NCBI GenBank assembly: GCA_963735215.1 | Contig: CAVTKF010000015.1 | Coordinates: 572,294-636,293 of the forward strand | DNA: 64,000 nucleotides | Direction: 5' to 3' | Origin: an uncultured Acidobacteriaceae bacterium | GTDB taxonomy: Bacteria; Acidobacteriota; Terriglobia; Terriglobales; Acidobacteriaceae | Part shown: positions 54,654-62,978 of the stretch, piece after piece | Position numbering within the stretch: position 1 is the first letter of the stretch | Layout: each line of letters begins with the position of its first letter | Made by a program: the position numbers and the translations under genes | Notes under the pieces: model-generated | Databases searched by the model: none | What the model saw: the letters and a program-made list of their open reading frames with translations, nothing else | Told to the model about the DNA's origin: nothing

Positions 54654-56039
54654 ATGGAGGCGGATCCCCAAACCAGCCGGCAGATGGGCGTGTGGGCGGC
54701 TACGGCCGTCGTCACTGGAGAAGCCATCTCCCTCGGCATCTTCCTCACCCCAGCCGGGATGGCCCGTTCGCTGGGCTCGCCTGCGCTGCTGGCAGCAGTA
54801 TGGTGCGGCATGGCTCTCATCACGCTGGCCGGAGCGCTTTGCTTCACCGAACTCGCCATCCGCAATCCGCACGACGGCGGCGAATACCTTTATCTTCGCC
54901 GAGGCTTCGGTTCGCGCGTTGCTTTCCTCTACGGCTGGATGGCCGCCGTCGTGATGTATCCCGGCGTGGCCGCTGCGCTTTGCGTTGGCACGGTGCCTTA
55001 CATCCAGGCTCTCTTCTCAGTTCCGACTGCAATCGCCAGGGCCCTTCCCGCACTGATCCTGCTCAGTCTCGGCGCGCTCAACTACTTCGGCACGCGTTTA
55101 AGCAGCGGCGTGATGACGGCCCTCAACTGGCTCAAGGTCCCGGTGCTCGCCGCTTTGGTTGGTTGGGCCTTCCTTTCAGGGCACGCCACAATAGCCAATA
55201 TTGGCTCGCTTTCTACGCGCCGGCCCGGCTCCGATCCATTGATCGACGCCATTGCCGGAGCGACAATCAGCGCCTTCTTCTGCTTTGGAGGCTGGTGGGA
55301 GGCCGGAAAAATCGCCGGCGAAGTCCGCAATCCATCGCGCAACCTGGCGGTTGCCTTTTCCGGCGGCGTGCTGATTGTGACGGCGATCTATCTCTTGCTC
55401 AGCTTCGCGTTTGTTGCAGTCGTTCCCATGCAGCAGATTCAATCCAATACCGCATTTGTCGCGCTGTTCGGACAGGCGCTTTTCGGTGCATCAGGAGCCC
55501 GGGTCCTTTCGATGTGCGTCGTGCTTTGCGTTCTCGGCGGCCTCATGGTGCTCAGCATGGCTGTTCCGCGGGTCACGTATGCATTGGCTCGGGGAGAAAC
55601 AGGCACGACATCCACAGGGCCGCTTGCCGCACTGTCGCGTCTGCATCCGCGTTTTGGCTCACCGGCCAACGCGGTTCTGCTGCAAACGGGAATGGCGCTG
55701 CTCGTTCTCATGCTGGGCGCCTTTGACCGGATCCTCGCCTTTATTATTTTCTCTGCTGTCGCATTTCTCGCCCTCACTGTGGCGACGCTCTTTCGCACCA
55801 TTACCCCTGTCCGCCGCTGGTGGTATCCCGTCGCTCCCATCGTGTTCATCACCGGCAGCGGGGTGCTCGCCGTCATGCTGCTGATGCACAACCCGGTTTC
55901 GGCGCTGCTGGGTGCCGGTGTAGTACTTTGCGGTCTCCCGGTCCGCTGGCTCCTCACTCGCCGCAATGAAGCCCCTCGCTCGGTTGCTACCGATTCCGCC
56001 TCTCCCTTGATCTTCGAGTCTCCGAAAGCTGACAACTGA
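54654..56039 (+). CDS. APC-superfamily amino acid permease
   Basis: 461 aa, about 12 TM. N-terminal 'GVWAATAVVTGEAISLGIFLTPAGMA...ALCFTELAIRNPHDGGEYLYLRRGFG..AFLYGW' is typical of the amino acid/polyamine/organocation family. Confidence 0.85.
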   Translation: MEADPQTSRQMGVWAATAVVTGEAISLGIFLTPAGMARSLGSPALLAAVWCGMALITLAGALCFTELAIRNPHDGGEYLYLRRGFGSRVAFLYGWMAAVVMYPGVAAALCVGTVPYIQALFSVPTAIARALPALILLSLGALNYFGTRLSSGVMTALNWLKVPVLAALVGWAFLSGHATIANIGSLSTRRPGSDPLIDAIAGATISAFFCFGGWWEAGKIAGEVRNPSRNLAVAFSGGVLIVTAIYLLLSFAFVAVVPMQQIQSNTAFVALFGQALFGASGARVLSMCVVLCVLGGLMVLSMAVPRVTYALARGETGTTSTGPLAALSRLHPRFGSPANAVLLQTGMALLVLMLGAFDRILAFIIFSAVAFLALTVATLFRTITPVRRWWYPVAPIVFITGSGVLAVMLLMHNPVSALLGAGVVLCGLPVRWLLTRRNEAPRSVATDSASPLIFESPKADN

Positions 56040-56078
56040 AACTGAAAGACAACAACAGAAATCTGGAGAACCAACCCC

Positions 56079-56660
56079 ATGCCCCATATCGCACTTCCGC
56101 CGGAACACATCGGCATCCGCGGCGCCATGGCCTTCCGCCCCGAAACAGCGAAGCCCTTGAATGAGATTGTCGAGATCCTGCTTGCCGGGCCCAGCACGCT
56201 GAGCAAAGGTGAGCGCGAGTTGATCGCTACCTACGTCTCAAGCCGCAACTGCACTCACTTCTGCGCCAGTATCCACGGAGCCATCGCGGCAGCGCATCTG
56301 GGCGGCGATGAGGCGCTGGTGAAGCAGGTGAAAGCTGACTTCACGCAAGCTAACATCACTCCCAAGCTCAAGGCGCTGCTTGTCATCGCCGGCAAAGTGC
56401 AGCAGGACGGCAAGCTCGTCACCTCCGCCGACGTCGACAATGCACGCAAGCAAGGCGCGACTGATCTCGAGATTCACGACACGGTGCTGATTGCCGCGGC
56501 ATTCTGCATGTACAACCGATACGTGGATGGACTCGGCACCGTGCAGCCTGATGACGAAGCGCTCTACCGCGAGCGAGGCCGTATGGTGGCGCGAAACGGC
56601 TACGTCAACACCAGCAAGGAATACCTCGGTTCAGAGGTGTCCGTGCCCGCGCACTCTTAG
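56079..56660 (+). CDS. AhpD-like / carboxymuconolactone decarboxylase family 'peroxidase-related' protein (paralog 1)
   Basis: 193 aa. 'ERELIATYVSSRNCTHFCASIHG' carries the CxxCxxxH AhpD-core motif. 'DLEIHDTVLIAAAFCMYNRYVDGLG'. Confidence 0.8.
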   Translation: MPHIALPPEHIGIRGAMAFRPETAKPLNEIVEILLAGPSTLSKGERELIATYVSSRNCTHFCASIHGAIAAAHLGGDEALVKQVKADFTQANITPKLKALLVIAGKVQQDGKLVTSADVDNARKQGATDLEIHDTVLIAAAFCMYNRYVDGLGTVQPDDEALYRERGRMVARNGYVNTSKEYLGSEVSVPAHS

Positions 56661-56674
56661 TGTGTTGAGAGTCT

Positions 56675-56755
56675 GTCATCCTGAGCGAAGCAAGCTTGGG
56701 GCCCCGCGAACGAGAACGCGTTCGTGGGGTAGGCGGAGCGAAGAATCTGCTTCTC
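56675..56755. repeat. composite intergenic repeat: GTCATCCTGAGCGAAGC...GGAGCGAAGAATCTGCTTCTC flanking an 11-bp-stem hairpin
   Basis: Hairpin CCCCGCGAACG-AGAACG-CGTTCGTGGGG at 56702..56729 (one G:T pair). The flanks both contain GAGCGAAG. The 'GTCATCCTGAGCGAAGC' type sequence (translating to CHPERS/VILSEA) is, from memory, a dispersed repeat in Acidobacteria. Only one copy is seen in this window. Confidence 0.5.
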
Positions 56756-56795
56756 ATCGTGCTTACGGCTCACAATAATTCAGAAGGAGAAGTGA

Positions 56796-57356
56796 ATGCC
56801 ACACATCAATCTTCCCGAAGGATATCCCGGCATCAGCGCGGGATTTACATATCGCCCTGAAACAGCCAAGCCCATGCGCGAACTGGCTGACATCCTCCTG
56901 CATCAGCCAAACTCGCTCACCCCCGGCGAGCGCGAGCTGATTGCCACGTTTGTTTCGTCGCGAAATTGCACGACGTTTTGCGCGTTGAGCCATGGAGCCG
57001 CAGCCGCGAACCATCTTGGCGACGCCTCGGTTGTGGAGAAGGTGAAAGCTGATTTCGTCTCAGCACCCATCAGCCCAAAGCTCAAGGCATTGCTGGGGAT
57101 CGCCGGCAAAGTCCAGCAGGACGGAAAGCTCGTGACCGAATCCGATGTGCTGGCCGCACGCACGCTGGGCGCCACCGATTTAGAAATTCACGACACCGTG
57201 CTCATCGCTGCAGCGTTCTCGATGTATAACCGCTACGTTGACGGACTTGGCACCATCCAGCCGACAAATCCGGACATGTATGCCCAGATGGGCAAGCATC
57301 TGGCCGAAGAAGGCTACACCAAGCCATCGATTCGCCAACCCGTCGGCTCGCTCTGA
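56796..57356 (+). CDS. AhpD-like / carboxymuconolactone decarboxylase family 'peroxidase-related' protein (paralog 2)
   Basis: 186 aa. Collinear with paralog 1 and roughly two-thirds identical by eye. 'ERELIATFVSSRNCTTFCALSHG', 'DLEIHDTVLIAAAFSMYNRYVDGLG'. RBS AGGAGAAG upstream. Confidence 0.8.
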   Translation: MPHINLPEGYPGISAGFTYRPETAKPMRELADILLHQPNSLTPGERELIATFVSSRNCTTFCALSHGAAAANHLGDASVVEKVKADFVSAPISPKLKALLGIAGKVQQDGKLVTESDVLAARTLGATDLEIHDTVLIAAAFSMYNRYVDGLGTIQPTNPDMYAQMGKHLAEEGYTKPSIRQPVGSL

Positions 57357-57385
57357 TTCACTCCGATCGCGCAATCGGGCTGCTT

Positions 57386-58279
57386 TTACTTGTAGATCTC
57401 CGGGATAAATGTCTGCTCGTTCATCGGTGGTCGCGTGTAGTTCTTCTTGTTGATGGGCGGCAGGGGTAGCGGTCTGCTCGTCAAGTCGCGGTAAGGTATC
57501 AGCGACAGAAGGTGCCGGATCACGTTCAGGCGAGCTCTCTTCTTGTTGTCGGCATTTACCACGTACCAGGGCGCCTGCTTGACGTCGGTACCCGCAAACA
57601 TCTCGTCCTTGGCGCGGGAATACTCGGCCCAGTGCTTCCGCGACTCCAGGTCCATCGGGCTAAGCTTCCAGCGCTTGGTCGGATTCTTCATCCGCTCCTG
57701 GAACCTTCGTTCCTGTTCCTCATCGCTCACAGAGAACCAGTATTTGATCACCAGAATTCCTGAACGGACAAGCATGCGCTCAAACTCCGGGCAGGTCCGC
57801 ATGAACTCCAGATACTCCGCCTCCGTGCAAAAGCCCATCACATGTTCTACACCCGCGCGGTTGTACCAACTGCGGTCGAACAGCACCATCTCGCCCGCTG
57901 CCGGCAGGTGCGGCACGTATCGCTGAAAATACCATTGCGTCTTTTCCCGCTCCGTCGGTGTGCCCAGGGCCACAACGCGGCAGATGCGCGGATTCAGAGT
58001 CTCCGTAATTCTCTTGATGGCTCCGCCCTTGCCTGCCGCGTCTCGACCTTCAAAAATCGCCACCACGCGCAACCCTTCGTGGCGAATCCATTCCTGCAGT
58101 TTCGCCAATTCCACCTGCAGGCGTCGCAATTCCTTTTCGTAGTCGCAGTCCTTGCCCAGGCGCATCCTATGGATCTTGTCGAATTCGTGGGCTTGTGTCG
58201 AACCATTCAAATGTTCGAGGGTGACGATCGAGGCTTCGGAGTGTTCTGAGCCGTTTCTGTGGGCGTGCTTGTCCGCCAT
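57386..58279 (-). CDS. ppk2: polyphosphate kinase 2
   Basis: 'LRVVAIFEGRDAAGKGGAIKRITETLNPRICRVVALGTPTEREKTQWYFQRYVPHLPAAGEMVLFDRSWYNRAGVE'. Start at 'MADKHAH' (58279) with GGGAGGA upstream; the listed ORF extends to 58360. Confidence 0.9.
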   Translation of the reverse strand: MADKHAHRNGSEHSEASIVTLEHLNGSTQAHEFDKIHRMRLGKDCDYEKELRRLQVELAKLQEWIRHEGLRVVAIFEGRDAAGKGGAIKRITETLNPRICRVVALGTPTEREKTQWYFQRYVPHLPAAGEMVLFDRSWYNRAGVEHVMGFCTEAEYLEFMRTCPEFERMLVRSGILVIKYWFSVSDEEQERRFQERMKNPTKRWKLSPMDLESRKHWAEYSRAKDEMFAGTDVKQAPWYVVNADNKKRARLNVIRHLLSLIPYRDLTSRPLPLPPINKKNYTRPPMNEQTFIPEIYK

Positions 58280-58437
58280 GGTTCCTCCCATTGGCTGACC
58301 CCCACAACTACGTCTGCGAACGGAAATCTCGCGCACGATGACGCGCGCTTTGACGCCCAAAGGGAAGTAGACGCAAATGTGCTATTTATTCTATCGGCTA
58401 AGAAGGCGGAAGTTTCAGGAAACAGCGAGCGGCGCGG

Positions 58438-59940
58438 TTACTCGTCCTTGTCGGCGTTTCTAGCTTTGACCTTGAACCAGATGGGCGTGCCCTTGAAACC
58501 GAAGGCATCGCGAATCTGGTTTTCGAGGAAGCGCTCGAAAGCGAAGTGCAGCTTGATGTTGCGATCGGTGAAGAGCACGAACGTCGGTGGGGCCACCGCA
58601 GCCTGGGTCATGTAGAAGATCCTGATCCGCTTGGCCATCGGTACCGGGGCACGCTGGAAGTCGATCTTGTCGAGGAACCGGTTCATCTGTCCCGTCGTCA
58701 CACGCTTGCGCCGCTCCGCCGCCACAGACTTTACTTCATTGAGAACACGCGGCATTCCCTTCACTTCGAGAGCAGAGAGAAAGATCACCGGCGCATAATC
58801 CAGATACTTGAGCGCACGTCGCAATTGCTGCTCGAAGATCTCGCGATCCGCTGGCGGCTTGCCGTCCGTTCGTGCAGTGGTTACCGCGTCCCACTTGTTC
58901 ACGATGATGATGACGCTGCGGCCGCTTTCGTGGGCATAGCCGCCGATGGTGGCGTCGGCACCCGTCACACCTTCCGTCGCGTCGATAACCAGAAGCGCGA
59001 CGTCAGCAGCCTCCAGGTGGCGTCGTGCCATGACCACGCTCATTTTTTCGGCCATCAGGTGCGTCTTGCCCTTGCGACGAATACCCGCGGTGTCCACAAA
59101 ACGCAGAGTACTGCCTTCGAATTCGATCGCCTCATCCACCGCGTCACGCGTGGTTCCTGCGATCGGCGAGACAATCGCACGCGACGTTCCCGTCAGCGCA
59201 TTCAGCAACGTCGACTTGCCGACATTAGGCCGCCCGATAATGGCTACCGCCGTCTCGCGTTGCTCAAATTCGCCGTGGGTGCGAATCAAACGCTTGTGCG
59301 ATTCGTCTTCCTCGCCCGGTTCGAGCGGGCCACCTTCGGAAATCTCATCCTCTTCTGCGATTTCCTCAGCCGTCTCTGCCGCAGTCCCCGCTTCCGAAGC
59401 AGGGATAGCCTCGGATATCGCATCCAGCAGATCGCCGATGCCCAGCGCATGCTCCGCGCTGATTGCGTACACGTTCTTGATGCCCAGCTGGCGGAAATTC
59501 TCAGCGGCGTAGGCCATAGCCTCGCCCTCGATCTTGTTCACCGCCAGGAATACCGGCTTTTTTGAGCGCCCCAACAGCCGAACCAGGTCGTAATCCGGGC
59601 TGGCCAGCTCCGTGCGAGCGTCGACAACCATCACCAGCGCCTGTGCTTCTTCCAGGGCAACCTTCGCCTGGTTATAGATCTCCGTGGGAATCAATTCCGG
59701 GTCATCGGGTACGATGCCGCCAGTGTCGACCAGCCGGAACCGCCGCCCCATCCACTCGTATTCGCCGTAGATGCGGTCTCGCGTAATGCCCGGCTCGTCA
59801 CCTACGATCGAGCGCCTGCTCTTCGTCAACCGGTTGAACAGCGTGGACTTGCCCACGTTTGGACGGCCCACAATCGCCACCAAAGGCAGCGCTTCGGCTC
59901 CGGGCCGCGTGGGAATTACCGATCTGCGATACGTAGGCAA
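58438..59940 (-). CDS. der: ribosome-associated GTPase Der (EngA), two G domains plus KH-like domain
   Basis: 'VAIVGRPNVGKSTLFNRL...DTGG...NKIE' and 'VAIIGRPNVGKSTLLNAL...DTAG...NKWD'. Acidic linker between the G domains. C-terminal 'PPTFVLFTD'. Confidence 0.9.
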   Translation of the reverse strand: MPTYRRSVIPTRPGAEALPLVAIVGRPNVGKSTLFNRLTKSRRSIVGDEPGITRDRIYGEYEWMGRRFRLVDTGGIVPDDPELIPTEIYNQAKVALEEAQALVMVVDARTELASPDYDLVRLLGRSKKPVFLAVNKIEGEAMAYAAENFRQLGIKNVYAISAEHALGIGDLLDAISEAIPASEAGTAAETAEEIAEEDEISEGGPLEPGEEDESHKRLIRTHGEFEQRETAVAIIGRPNVGKSTLLNALTGTSRAIVSPIAGTTRDAVDEAIEFEGSTLRFVDTAGIRRKGKTHLMAEKMSVVMARRHLEAADVALLVIDATEGVTGADATIGGYAHESGRSVIIIVNKWDAVTTARTDGKPPADREIFEQQLRRALKYLDYAPVIFLSALEVKGMPRVLNEVKSVAAERRKRVTTGQMNRFLDKIDFQRAPVPMAKRIRIFYMTQAAVAPPTFVLFTDRNIKLHFAFERFLENQIRDAFGFKGTPIWFKVKARNADKDE

Positions 59941-60119
59941 AGCGTTCTCCTCGGAAAAGACAGCATCTTCAGTCTATCGTCCGGCGGACTCCCCCGCCCC
60001 AATTTGGTTCGTTACAGCGGTTCGGCTCCAAAACGGTTGCCGCCCGCGCAAGTCCCCGGCGCCCGCACAAAACTACGCTGTCGAAGCCTGACCTATGATG
60101 GAGGCAGTACCTGCCACCG

Positions 60120-62207
60120 ATGGCCTCCTCCCAAACATCAACCCGCGCCTTGCCCACGCTGCACGAATTCTTTTCGCCCGGCGGCATTCTTTCCCGTTCT
60201 CCGCTGCCTTATGAATACCGGCCCGGCCAGCTCGAAATGGCCAAGGCCGTTGAGCGTGCTCTCACTGAGCGCCGCCACCTCATCGTCGAGGCCGGAACGG
60301 GTACGGGCAAGACTCTCGCCTATCTGTTGCCAGCTCTCCGCACCGGTCAGCGCATCATCGTGTCGACGGGAACGAAGGCTCTCCAGGATCAGCTCTTTTT
60401 CCGCGACGTGCCGTTCCTGGAATCGCTGCTCGGCAACCTGCAAGTTTGCTACATGAAGGGCCGCGCCAACTATCTCTGCCGACACAAGCTCGTCGCCCTG
60501 CGCGATCAGCCAATTTTGTCCGGCCTCGAAGAGATCGACCAGTATCGCCAGATCGCCGAGTGGGAAAAGACGACTGAGACGGGCGATCGCTCCGAGCTCT
60601 CCGAACTTCCGGAGTCGAGCGCCCTCTGGCACAAGCTCGACGCGCGCAGCGAAGCCTGCCTCGGGTCAACCTGTCCGGATTACCGTCGCTGCTTCATCAC
60701 CGAGATGCGACGCCGCGCCCTCGAGTCCGACATCATCATCGTCAACCACCATCTCTTCTTTGCCGATCTCGCCGTGAAGCAGGAAGCCGCCGGTGCGCCT
60801 GATGCAGGCATTCTGCCGGAAGCTGCCGCGGTGGTCTTCGACGAAGCACATGAGTTGGAGGATGTCGCCTCCAGCTACTTCGGGTTGTCCGTGTCGAACG
60901 TGCGGTTTGAGGAGCTGGCGCGCGATACCGACGTTCTCCTCCGTGCCAAGCCCGGCGCCGAAAAGCTGCCTTACACGACGCAGCAGTTGCGCGATCGCGC
61001 CCGCATGTTCTTCGCGAGCCTGCCCAGCAATGGTGATGGCCGCCAGCCCTTCGACAATCGCGAAGAATTTCTTGAGACTTCCGGCGATATGTATCTCTCG
61101 CTGCGCAACACGCTGCGTCTGCTCGAGTCGGAGATCGAACTGTTGACCGAGATCGACGAGGCTCCCGGACTGCGCAAGCGCGTTGCGCGATTGCGGACAG
61201 AGCTCGAATTCCTGCTCGAATCGAACTCCAGCAACATGGTCTATTGGCTCGAACGCCGCGCCGCGCCTCAGGGTTCCCAAGGAGCCGATGTTTTGAAGGG
61301 GCATGGCTTTAGCCGTGCCGAGAAAGGTGCCCAATCAGGTGGGGCTTTAGCCCCTGAGGAACGTTTTGCAGGAAGCCGCACGCGCCTTCATCGGACCCAA
61401 TCAAGAGCGACGTTCCTGCAGGCCACTCCCATTGATGTGTCGGAACTGCTGCACGAAATGGTCTTCGAGAACATCCCCACTGTGGTTCTCACCTCGGCCA
61501 CGCTCACCGTGCAGGGCGGCTTCGAACACATCCGCAAACGCCTCGGCATGACCGATGCGCGCGAACTCGTCGTGCCCTCACATTTTCGCTACGGCGAGCA
61601 AGCGCTGCTTTATTTGCCCCCCAACATGCCCGACCCGCGCGATCCCGAATTCCCTGAAGCCGCCGCCACCTGCATCCGGCGCGTACTTGAACTGTCAAAG
61701 GGCCGTGCCTTCTGCCTCTTCACCAGCTACGCGCAGATGCGCGACCTCTACGAGCGCCTGCTGCCGGTGCTCGACTACCCGATCCTGCTGCACGGCACCG
61801 CTCCACGCAAAGCGCTGCTCGAGCAGTTCCGAACTACGCCGAACGCCGTGCTCTTCGGCACGTCGAGTTTCTGGCAGGGCGTCGACGTGCAGGGTGAAGC
61901 GCTCAGCTGCGTCATCATCGACCGCCTGCCATTCGCTGTGCCCAACGATCCCGTGGTCCAGGCGCGGATGAAGGCAATTGAAGAAGCCGGCGGCAAGCCA
62001 TTCTTCGACTACCAGGTCCCATCCGCCGTGCTCACGCTGAAGCAAGGCTTCGGCCGCCTCATCCGCTCCCTCGAAGACCGCGGCGTGCTGGTGCTGCTCG
62101 ACCCACGCATCACCAGGCAGCGCTACGGCCAGACGTTTCTCGCGAGCCTTCCGCCCTACCGCATGACCGCAACGATCACAGATGTGGAAGCGTTCTTTGC
62201 TCCCTAA
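60120..62207 (+). CDS. dinG: ATP-dependent DinG/XPD(Rad3)-family DNA helicase with Fe-S cluster cysteines; carries an in-frame repeat-element insertion
   Basis: 'YEYRPGQLEMAKAV', Walker A 'VEAGTGTGKTLAYL', Cys cluster 'VCYMKGRANYLCRHK ... EACLGSTCPDYRRCF', DEAH box 'VVFDEAHELED', C-terminal 'LFGTSSFWQGVDVQGEALSCVIIDRLPF ... LKQGFGRLIRS'. Confidence 0.85.
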   Translation: MASSQTSTRALPTLHEFFSPGGILSRSPLPYEYRPGQLEMAKAVERALTERRHLIVEAGTGTGKTLAYLLPALRTGQRIIVSTGTKALQDQLFFRDVPFLESLLGNLQVCYMKGRANYLCRHKLVALRDQPILSGLEEIDQYRQIAEWEKTTETGDRSELSELPESSALWHKLDARSEACLGSTCPDYRRCFITEMRRRALESDIIIVNHHLFFADLAVKQEAAGAPDAGILPEAAAVVFDEAHELEDVASSYFGLSVSNVRFEELARDTDVLLRAKPGAEKLPYTTQQLRDRARMFFASLPSNGDGRQPFDNREEFLETSGDMYLSLRNTLRLLESEIELLTEIDEAPGLRKRVARLRTELEFLLESNSSNMVYWLERRAAPQGSQGADVLKGHGFSRAEKGAQSGGALAPEERFAGSRTRLHRTQSRATFLQATPIDVSELLHEMVFENIPTVVLTSATLTVQGGFEHIRKRLGMTDARELVVPSHFRYGEQALLYLPPNMPDPRDPEFPEAAATCIRRVLELSKGRAFCLFTSYAQMRDLYERLLPVLDYPILLHGTAPRKALLEQFRTTPNAVLFGTSSFWQGVDVQGEALSCVIIDRLPFAVPNDPVVQARMKAIEEAGGKPFFDYQVPSAVLTLKQGFGRLIRSLEDRGVLVLLDPRITRQRYGQTFLASLPPYRMTATITDVEAFFAP
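61290..61410. repeat. REP/MITE-like element with two GC-TTTA-GC hairpins, inserted in frame in the helicase gene
   Basis: Hairpin A GGCATGGC-TTTA-GCCGTGCC (61300..61319, one G:T pair). Hairpin B GGGGC-TTTA-GCCCC (61341..61354). Translates as '...LKGHGFSRAEKGAQSGGALAPEERF...', which from memory matches the '...GH(D/G)FSRA...ALAPE...' translations of a dispersed acidobacterial repeat. Confidence 0.55.
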
Positions 62208-62210
62208 TGG

Positions 62211-62897
62211 TTAGGTTAAGAATTCGGCATGTGTCTTGAAAATCTGATCGAGCCAGAATTTGCCTTGGGCCTTATCGCGTTTCAAGGCATATGCAAGGAT
62301 CCAGCACGGCCAGCCGAGTAAAGCCACGCCGCCAAGCAGCGCTCGCAAGTATGCATGCCACTGCGTGAGCGATCCACCTTCATCTTCAAGGACGCGGTAG
62401 CCCAAGATGCACGCTCCCGGCGTCGGCTTACCACGCCTCCAGCATAGGACGAAGTAGGCGGGCATGAACACAAACATCAAGCCCAAAACGCCTACAAGCG
62501 ATGGGGCCCAATCTCCCGGATCGTATTGCTGCCGATCGATCACCCAATCAAAGACCCCTGTCCGCTTATATTCCGTCAGGACGGCGACTAGCCCTAGAAA
62601 GGGCGCGACCCCCACAAGCGCAAGCACCCAATCGATCAGGCCTGCAATCCATCTCCTGAACAAGTGCGGCATCGGCCGAAAAGAGGGGCTGACTTCACTC
62701 AAACTCAGGGCAATGTAGAGGCCTGCAAACGCGATTCCAAACGCCAGAGACCACGGTGGTGCACCGCCAGAAAACGAATACTCTCCATTTTTTGAATTGA
62801 TGCTGATCCCCACCGATTCGTCGGAATGAATTGCCATCGCGAAAAGTAGGAGGATGAAGAAGCCGAACGAAATCCATCGAAACCAAACTGCCTTCAT
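62211..62897 (-). CDS. RDD family membrane protein
   Basis: 228 aa. N-terminal TM, then 'LFRRWIAGLIDWVLALVGVAPFLGLVAVL' (RDD-type) and two further TM segments. Its stop is 3 nt from the helicase stop. Confidence 0.7.
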   Translation of the reverse strand: MKAVWFRWISFGFFILLLFAMAIHSDESVGISINSKNGEYSFSGGAPPWSLAFGIAFAGLYIALSLSEVSPSFRPMPHLFRRWIAGLIDWVLALVGVAPFLGLVAVLTEYKRTGVFDWVIDRQQYDPGDWAPSLVGVLGLMFVFMPAYFVLCWRRGKPTPGACILGYRVLEDEGGSLTQWHAYLRALLGGVALLGWPCWILAYALKRDKAQGKFWLDQIFKTHAEFLT

Positions 62898-62978
62898 CTG
62901 GCATTCTCTCTAGGTCAGGAGTGTCGTTAAAGCTCGATACAATGTATCACTACGTGGCTTTTCCGATATCCAGGCCAA

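Noticed and set aside
54692-55726. 344-aa ORF overlapping the APC permease in another plus-strand frame
   Set aside because: The translation is extremely Arg/Ser/Gly-rich and non-protein-like. The co-located permease frame has clear TM periodicity and family motifs.
59300-59420. Acidic insertion ('ETAEEIAEEDEISEGGPLEPGEEDES') between the two G domains of Der
   Set aside because: The inter-domain linker of Der/EngA is naturally variable and often acidic. The DNA shows no repeat-element signature.
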